A DNA stretch of 14,534 bases from the NCBI GenBank assembly GCA_000388065.2, contig KB932205.1; one strand, given 5' to 3'. The position numbers and the translations under genes are program-made. Of this stretch, positions 8,801 through 14,534 are shown piece by piece. The DNA comes from Fonticula alba ATCC 38817 (taxonomy: Eukaryota > Protista > Nucleariida). Position 1 is the stretch's first letter. Every line of letters begins with the position of its first letter. Under the pieces are notes generated by a model, which saw only the letters and a list, made by a program, of their open reading frames with translations, did not search any database and was not told the origin of the DNA.

Positions 8801-8895
8801 TGATCATCCTGGTGGTGATCCTGGTGGTGGTATTCAAGGGCAATATGTGCGCCAAGAAGCAGACCGAGGGCTTCGAGTTCCAGGTCATCGAGTAA
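5836..8895 (+). CDS. Cys-rich (furin-like/VSP-like CxxC repeat) type-I membrane protein with signal peptide, Ser/Gly stalk, TM helix and short tail. Exon 1 5836 to the gap, last exon 8759-8895
   Basis: ATG 5836 begins MRRSLGLLLLLAVAALAALAPPAASQ (signal-peptide-like). About 910 open codons of CxxC repeats run to the gap at 8568. Branch-like gctgac at 8685-8690 and acceptor cag at 8756-8758 precede TM IIALAVAIPIVVIILVVILVVVF and tail KGNMCAKKQTEGFEFQVIE-stop. The matching donor probably lies in the gap. Confidence 0.88.
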   Translation: MRRSLGLLLLLAVAALAALAPPAASQPPALLAASARRPTSALSSVLSSSDSAPAACPPDTRPTSDGLACVDCAPECDQCFGPFPDQCEVCSPNHFLDDTNTCQKCDPSCQGCTGPFSDDCLACDQGNILDPVTGRCGGGCSPGYGPDASGPQGTECRPCADSGCSKCDTAQPGAVCIQCQTGRFASRDTARCEPCHSQCLECSGPLLDECTACPGDHVLLGGRCLEACPPGYFPDSEAVPLGGATFCVACDTLCTACTGPQATDCTACLSGAELQPPGPKGRCQAPDLGQDPAPACDVANCAACLPGHADTCATCAEDFRLTPTAAECIPTSDPCPAGSFLHAATDACRPCSGPCATCSPDDPTICLSCPAGRWITADGACASGDLARCPANGYFEPAIGECQPCAPGCLTCTGPDNGQCTTCAKGHFRFEGGFCGPRCPGRHFEMAMDCIPCHEECADCNGPGPDQCKTCDPDNDIFQRLWSHKCLVECPARTYYIRTVGFCSRFICNACPPGCVECTGGSPSECTRCHPTTLLDPAVGCVTACPEGAPLVENGTCVAACSPGRVDLAGQCVFSCEGCLTCDPATGACLTCPEGKILSSASPATCADACAADEYVLQPEAPDAAPRCAACHESCATCSGPAADQCTSCPAGFFVQDSVFCVAVCPVGFFGDADTWQCRACAADCATCTGPTLAECSRCMDDRLLHQDACLPVGVPCPAVGFHTDPAAYRCVPCSADQCADCAADPDVCSRCKLGFIVEVDPLSDATTCIPGCSDGYIEGQAPGEETVVCVPGCREGLVVGPPSPGSGSSSVSGSSGSLSPPPAGDPEPANCLPECPDGWFDQSAICEACHESCLTCDAPGPDGCTALPPTSDSGSGPSSSGSGSSSSGSGPSSSGSGSSSSGSGSSSSGXXXXXXXXXXXXXXXXXXXXXXXXXXPPLSVFHLPVTPTLLTRDHPAHTLPPVPTPAPARAPCTGGTIIALAVAIPIVVIILVVILVVVFKGNMCAKKQTEGFEFQVIE
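8461..8567 (+). repeat. 21-nt coding tandem repeat (SG[P/S]SSSG), five copies, running into the gap
   Basis: Units start at 8461, 8482, 8503, 8524 and 8545 (consensus agcggctcgtccagcagtggc). A sixth starts at 8566 and is cut by Ns. Confidence 0.92.
8568..8642. other. assembly gap (N)
   Basis: N run. Confidence 1.
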
Positions 8896-9344
8896 GGTGA
8901 CGTCGCGCCGGCAACCGGCGGCCTGTGGCTTTTCATGCGCCCCCTTCTCCCCTTTTGGGTGTGCGGAGGCTGGACCCTCTCGACAGGGCTCCCTGCCTTT
9001 CGCCCCTTGCCAGCATGTCCTTCCGGCATCGAAGCGCCATGTGCGGTCAATATACTTTTTGTCCCTTGCCGAAGAGAGGGGGTGCTTTGCTTCTGTCCTG
9101 TTTTTTCTTTCTCCCCATGATCTTCCCTCCCCCCGGGGAATGAGCCACGTATGACGGGGCCACCCTCTCGATGCATGCCGGGTCAAAGCAATGCCCGGCC
9201 GGCGCATCGCTCCCTCCTCAGTGCCCCGCACACACATGCGTACACACATCGGACTGCCAAGGAGGGGGTAGTGGGCAAGCAGACGGAGTAACGGCTCCCC
9301 CTCTGGACAGGAGGGGGTAGCGGGCAAGCAGGAGCACCCATTTC

Positions 9345-9422
9345 CACACATACACCCACATGTATACATACATACGCGCATACACACACATGCATACACA
9401 CACAGGTATACATGCATACGCG

Positions 9423-9476
<54 letters not shown>

Positions 9477-9500
9477 TAAACATACATGCACGCGCACGCG
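9345..9500. repeat. CA-rich low-complexity tract including a pure (AC)n run at about 9426-9471
   Basis: Read directly. Confidence 0.9.
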
Positions 9501-9667
9501 CGCGCTCGCCTGAACGCCCAGACCGCCGCATGTGTGTGTTTTACCTATCATCGCGAACTGCTGCCCCTCATCTGACACTGCCCCTCGGGCCGAGGGATGA
9601 AAAAAAAGCGACTCAGCTGACAACGGGCGAAGGACCATTGAGGAATGGAACATGTATTGTTTTGGGG

Positions 9668-9850
9668 GGGGGGGGAAAAAAACATTCCCTGAGTGTGGAA
9701 ATACAAACAGCTGCACCGCACACGCGGGGGCCGATGTCACGCCTCAACGCACGACGCTCTTCCGATCTGGGGGGGGAAAAAAACATTCCCTGAGTGTGGA
9801 AATACAAACAGCTGCACCGCACACGCGGGGGCCGATGTCACGCCTCAACG
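9668..9850. repeat. 82-bp direct duplication (9668-9749 and 9769-9850) separated by Illumina adapter sequence, probably an artefact
   Basis: Identical copies of G8 A7 cattccctgagtgtggaaatacaaacagctgcaccgcacacgcgggggccgatgtcacgcctcaacg. Confidence 0.9.
9750..9768 (+). other. Illumina adapter remnant CACGACGCTCTTCCGATCT
   Basis: Exact 19-nt match to the 3' end of the Illumina Read-1/universal adapter (...CCCTACACGACGCTCTTCCGATCT). Confidence 0.93.
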
Positions 9851-9925
9851 GGCAGCCATCATACGGCCCGGCGGGGGAGACGCATGCACACGCGCGCGCG
9901 CGCGCATGCAAAAGCAACACCACCT

Positions 9926-10103
9926 GCGGGACCCCCCATCAAGCATCGGGCCAGGGGAAAGCGGTGACCAAGTTGGTTGGGTTCAGGNNNNNNNNNNNNN
10001 NNNNNNNNNNNNNNNNNNNNNNNNNNNNNNNNNNNNNNNNNNNNNNNCGCGGGACCCCCCATCAAGCATCGGGCCAGGGGAAAGCGGTGACCAAGTTGGT
10101 TGG
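9926..10103. repeat. 55-bp duplication flanking gap 9988-10047 (9926-9980 = 10049-10103), probably overlapping contig ends
   Basis: Identical gcgggaccccccatcaagc...agttggttgg on both sides of the 60-N gap. Confidence 0.85.
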
Positions 10104-13100
10104 CCCATCGCGCACGAATACCGCCGTCCGGAAGGGGTAGTCCCGGTTGCCGGTCTCAAGGACGACGGTCGGCTGCAGGGCATCGGCCGTGGTGCAAATA
10201 CCGCCGACCAGGCGCTCCCGGTGGCCGAGAAGCACCAAGGGGCAGCGCATCACACACTCGTTCTTCTTGGCATAGTCCAGCAGGAAGAGCCGCGCCACTT
10301 GGGCCTCGGTGAGAAGGACCATCTGGCTGCCGAGCCTGTGCACATGGCAGAGGGGGGTTCATTCGAGGGGGGGGGGAGCACCCAGTCAGATGCCGGCCAA
10401 GGTGGCGCGGAGGACCAACGCAACAGCCCAATCGGGGGCGTACCTGAGGACGCAATAGCGGCTGCCTTCATGGCAGGCGAAGATCACGCTGGAGGGCTCC
10501 GTCGTCAGGACGGCGGCGCCGGAGGCCACGGTCCCCTCAAGGAGCCGAGGCCCGGCGTAGGAGCCCGAGAGATACTGCGCCGGGCCGTTCCACGAGAAGC
10601 TCGACATGGAAGGAGAGGCCCCGGGCGATTGGAAGACGCTGCCGCTGTCGCCCGCATAGCTGAGGTCCTGGTGGGGCGCCGAGTTGCCGGCGTCCGACGA
10701 GTCGGACCCGCCCTGATCAGTGTCCAGGGGCCCGAACTTCAGGCGGAAACCCAGCACCGACGGGAGGTAGTCCAGGGGGTCGCCGTCGGAGCGATCCTGT
10801 GGGACCATGCGGAAGAGGAAACTCCCATCCTCCAGGAGACTGACCCAGAAGAGATTGTCCCAAGGCGAGAGCCAGGTCCCACGGTCGGCATCCGGCCGAG
10901 CGGCTTTTCACAGGACAGGCGGCGAGGGGGAGGAGGAGGAGGCGGAGGAGGCGGAGGAGGCGGAGGAGGCGGAGGAAGCGGGGAGAGGGGCGGNNNNNNN
11001 NNNNNNNNNNNNNNGGGGGGGGGGAGGAGTAAGCCACATAGCGAAGCGAGGAGGACCGCCGCCCCTCCTGGGGCGCGCCAAGGGCAGGGCAAAAGAGGCG
11101 GAGGCGGGGAGGAAGGCATGGACAGGGACCAGGTCGTACACTTGTCCCTCGCCGTGTGGGGGATGTGCACGCGCTGGACGCCCCCGGCGAATGAAAAGAT
11201 ATCGAAGGAGCCATCGGCGAAGTGAATGACAATGTTCCCGTCGTTGGTTTGGCCACAAAGGCGCCACGGCCGGCCGCCAAGGGGGACGTAGTTCTCCTTG
11301 TTCCTGCGCGCGCGCACGCACGCGGGGGGGGGGGGGTAATCGCGGTCGTCGGGTTGGAGAGAGGTGAGCAGGAGACATGGTGAGAGGCGCTCGGAGGGGG
11401 GCCGAGCCACGGAGGAAGGCAAGCAAGAAGCAAGAAGCAGGCAGGGAGGTCGCACTGGTGGCGGAAAAAGTGTATCCCCCCGGAAGTGACGATGGCCATG
11501 TTGTCCAGCTGGCCGCGAAGCCCAAAGACCGAGTGAATTTGCTCATCCTGAGTCCGGGCAAGGAGAAGAAGCAGCAGCAGCAACAACAGCAGCAGCGGCG
11601 GCGGCGGCGGCGGCGGAAGCAGCAAGGGGGCAGCAAGGCGGCAGCAGGGCCCTGTCAGTGGTCAAGGGGCCCCTCATGGCATGCACGAAGGGAGACCAGG
11701 CGTGCGCAGACGGCGGAGCACATACCAGCGTGATGGAGGACTCCTTGTCGCCGACCAACGGCAGGAAGGTGACTCGTTCATTGGAGACGACGGCCACGCG
11801 CTGGGAGAAGCTGAAGATGCGGGTCGCCCCGGCGGGGAGGCGACGCTCCGGCGCCTCGCGGCCCATGATCAGATTCCCCTTCTTGGAAATCATGAGCTCG
11901 CGGCAGCTGAGGCTCCCACTGCGGATGGAGTAAAACTGGTCCCGGAGAGTGCAGAAGGTGCCACTCGAGCTGCACCCCTGGTGGAAGCTGCTCAGCCGGG
12001 GGGTCGACGCGGGGGCCTCGTCCAGGCTGACAGGGGTCTGGCGGGGGCATGCAACCGGCGAAAAGGCGGGCAAGAGGGCCCGAGGCAAGGCGGCGTGTTA
12101 CTTTGAGGCTCGCGCATGCGCGAGCGGCCGCGGCAGAGGGGGCTCCGGCAATGGAAAGCGCACCTGGGCACAGATGAAGCCACAGTCGTTGGTGTCGGAT
12201 TCGGTCAGGGAGAAGGTGATTTTCAGCTGGTGGCAAAGCATCTTCATCAGCAGGTCGCCCGGGCGATGGGGCGCCGGGTCAAACTCAAACTGAAGGTTCC
12301 GCGCGCCGAGGTTCACCAATCGCGCCAGTCGCGGGAAGCTGGTGGTGGCTCCGGGGTCAAACTTGTACCCCAGCAGGACCGAGTCATGGATGGAAAACCA
12401 CGTGGCGTCGAGGATGGCATTGGTGCGCCGGTCGAAGATCTTGTCGGAGGGGATGATCTGGCCCGCGAGGGTGGAAGGGGGAGATGTCAGTGCGACCTGG
12501 CCATCTTTCGGCAGGGGGGGAGGGGAGACGCGGCCGGAAGGCCGAGACAAAGGGAGGCAGAGGGGCAGGAAGGGGCGAACGGCAGGGCCGAGCGGGATGG
12601 GGAACTTACGGCCACCCGCTGAAAGAGCGCGCTATGTGAAATGTCCGTCCACTTGGTGACCGTGCCATCGGCGGACTGGAGGGTGAAGGGCTGGGTGTCT
12701 TTGGAGACCGGCTGGGTGAAGACAAACTCCGTGGCCGAGGTGAAGAGCGCGCGGGCCGGATTCGCGGGGCTCTCGGGGCTCAGGAACGCCGCCACCACAT
12801 GCTGGTTGTGGATCGATCGCCGAAAGTAGATGGCATTCTCATGGCGCACGGACCAGAAGGGCGAGATGGTCATGCGGGAGGGGAAGTCGCTCTGCTCGGG
12901 CGACCACATGGGTGGGTGTGTCAGTGGCCATGGCGGCAGGCGGGTGGGATTGGACAGGCAGGCTGCCGGGTGTCGCTGTGGCACAAGCGCGACCGCGACA
13001 CCCCCGGGGGGATGGCGGGGTAGTTGCCCGCCCTGGCGGCCTCTCGCCCCACGCATGCACATGCCCTCTGACCGAGCAGGCAGCGTGGCTGGCCTCAGTC

Positions 13101-14309
13101 AGAGGGCCCGGGCGGGCATACCGCCCCCCCTCCCCCCCTTGCAGGGGATGCCCCGGAAGAGGATGCCGGCGTGGGGGGGGGGGGGGCGAGAGAAAGGGCC
13201 GGGGAAGCGCCAGGGGAACCGCGACGAACCTGCCTCAGAAGGGAGTGCTTGGAGAGTTCCGTGCGCAGATCCAGGCAATAGGCGATTTGCTGGGTCTCCG
13301 ACACCAAAAACACGACCCCGTCCGGGAGGGAGGGCTCCAGTCGGTCATCCTCGCCGACTTTGACCGGAAACTTGACGACCGACGGGGTGTCCAGCGGCCC
13401 ACGGAGCCCGAGGTCCCGGGCAAAGGAGAAAAGCACCAGCTCCTCCCGGCCAACCAGGAGGAGCTTCCTGCGGAATGCGAAGAGCCGCGAGAAGAGGCGC
13501 ATATGCTTGGCATGGACTTCCGCCAGGTCGGGCGTCGGAGACGACATCTGCCAGATGGGTGGCATGGCGATGGGGAGGGGGATGGTGTGGCCGCTTGTCA
13601 GTACCATGGCCGGGGCTGCTTGGGGCGAAATGGGGCCATAAACGGGGCGACACTGACATCGGACTCGAAGAAGCAGGTAAGATCGTCCCGGCCACAGGCC
13701 AACACGGCTCCAGTGTCATCGGTGACCACCATCAAGCCTGACTGGAAGAAGTACGGGAAGAGGACCAGCCGAACTGAGGCCCGGCTGAAGAGCAGGCGAA
13801 TGTCCACCACGGGCACGCCCGTGGAGCCGGCGGCACCTGCCGCCGGCTGGGAGAAGGTCAGCAGGAAGAGGGCATTCTCATGACACAGGACCAGGCTGCC
13901 ATCCGGCCGGGGAGCCACGGCACACTGGTCGTAGAAGTGCATGTTGCGCTGGTACAGCTACGATGGGGGTGAGGACACAGATGCAGAAGCAACAAGTGGC
14001 TGAGCGGCTGCCAAGTGACTTGGAGAGAGGGAGATCGAGGGGGGGAGAGAGAGGGTGGGAGGGGGGGGGACTTCCGGAACGCACACTCGGGTAAATGACC
14101 TGCTGACCGTCGATGAAAGCCAACGGCATCCGGTGGCCATCGGCATGGAGCCCGAACAGGATATTGTTCTCCAGGCAAAGGCCCCGACACTGGGCCGCCG
14201 GGATGACCGACGCCGGATTGACCGGCACGGGACTGGCCAAAAATTGGAAGACCACATCATGGACCAGGAGGAAAAGCACCTCGTGCGTGACGACAACATG
14301 CTTGGCAAT
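10062..14309 (-). CDS. 5'-partial multi-exon protein (906 aa in window), probably beta-propeller-rich, function unknown. Exons (+ coordinates): 14085-14309, 13658-13957, 13230-13547, 12610-12891, 12164-12457, 11726-12037, 11456-11547, 11140-11303, 10444-10903, 10062-10335
   Basis: Ten exons joined by GT..AG introns, most with branch-like motifs (tactgac, cactgac, gctcac), give a 2721-nt stop-free frame ending at TGA 10062-10064. An upstream acceptor ccaccag at 14310-14312 with a cttaac branch shows more exons lie beyond the window. The protein alternates short hydrophobic beta-strand-like segments with turns. The intron 10904-11139 needs an AAG acceptor and spans the small gap at 10994-11014. 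Confidence 0.8.
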
Positions 14310-14440
14310 CTGGTGGGGCCAAGCAGCCCAGGCGAGAGACAGAGGCAGGTGTTAAGGGAACCGGAGCCATGGGATCATGCACGGGGGCATGCGTGCGCAC
14401 ATGCGCAGATGCCTGCAGGCGATACTTCTTTGCATGTTGA

Positions 14441-14534
14441 CACACACATGCATGTGCACACATGCATACACACACATGCATGTGCACACATGCATACACA
14501 CACATGCATGTGCACACATGCATACACACACATG
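14441..14534. repeat. 28-bp tandem minisatellite (cacacacatgcatgtgcacacatgcata), three full copies plus a partial, intronic
   Basis: Units at 14441, 14469, 14497 and a partial at 14525. Strictly alternating purine/pyrimidine. Confidence 0.92.

Noticed and set aside
9261-9331. 22-bp imperfect direct repeat GGAGGGGGTAG(T/C)GGGCAAGCAG at 9261 and 9310
   Set aside because: Two copies with one mismatch in a low-complexity intergenic region and no associated feature.
9668-9850. Repeat-spacer-repeat resembling a CRISPR unit or target-site duplication
   Set aside because: The 'spacer' is the Illumina adapter and only two copies exist.
9926-10103. Apparent duplication of the minus-strand gene's stop-codon region
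   Set aside because: An exact 55-bp copy on each side of a 60-N gap is typical of unmerged overlapping contig ends.
9693-11225. 510-aa plus-strand ORF and the poly-Q/poly-R ORF at 11377-11733
   Set aside because: Antisense to spliced exons of the minus-strand gene. The (GCA)n(GCG)n and (GGAGGAGGC)n tracts fall inside its introns.

Overview
GC-rich, intron-containing eukaryotic scaffold with five N-gaps. GTRYGY donors, CTRAC/CTCAC branch points and Cys-rich receptor-kinase-like genes suggest a fungal-like or unicellular opisthokont, possibly Fonticula (inference, not verified). Left to right: (1) the 3' part of a 9-exon single-pass receptor-like kinase with furin-like CxxC repeats and atypical catalytic motifs (1-3067, +); (2) four tRNA genes, Arg(ACG)+, Phe(GAA)+, Thr(AGT)- and Gly(GCC)-, where Gly and Thr lie 7 nt apart with no terminator between them, suggesting a dicistronic pre-tRNA; (3) a kinase-less Cys-rich type-I membrane protein with a Ser/Gly repeat stalk (5836-8895, +); (4) a microsatellite-rich convergent intergenic region carrying an embedded Illumina adapter and two short duplications that are probably assembly artefacts; (5) ten exons (906 codons) of a large, probably beta-propeller protein on the minus strand with faint DDB1/CPSF1/SF3B3-family resemblance (10062-14309, 5' end outside the window). 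No CRISPR array, rRNA or recognisable mobile element is present. I see no strong evidence of a wholly new system. The best leads are the tRNA dimer, the atypical receptor kinase next to a kinase-less relative, and the divergent propeller protein.
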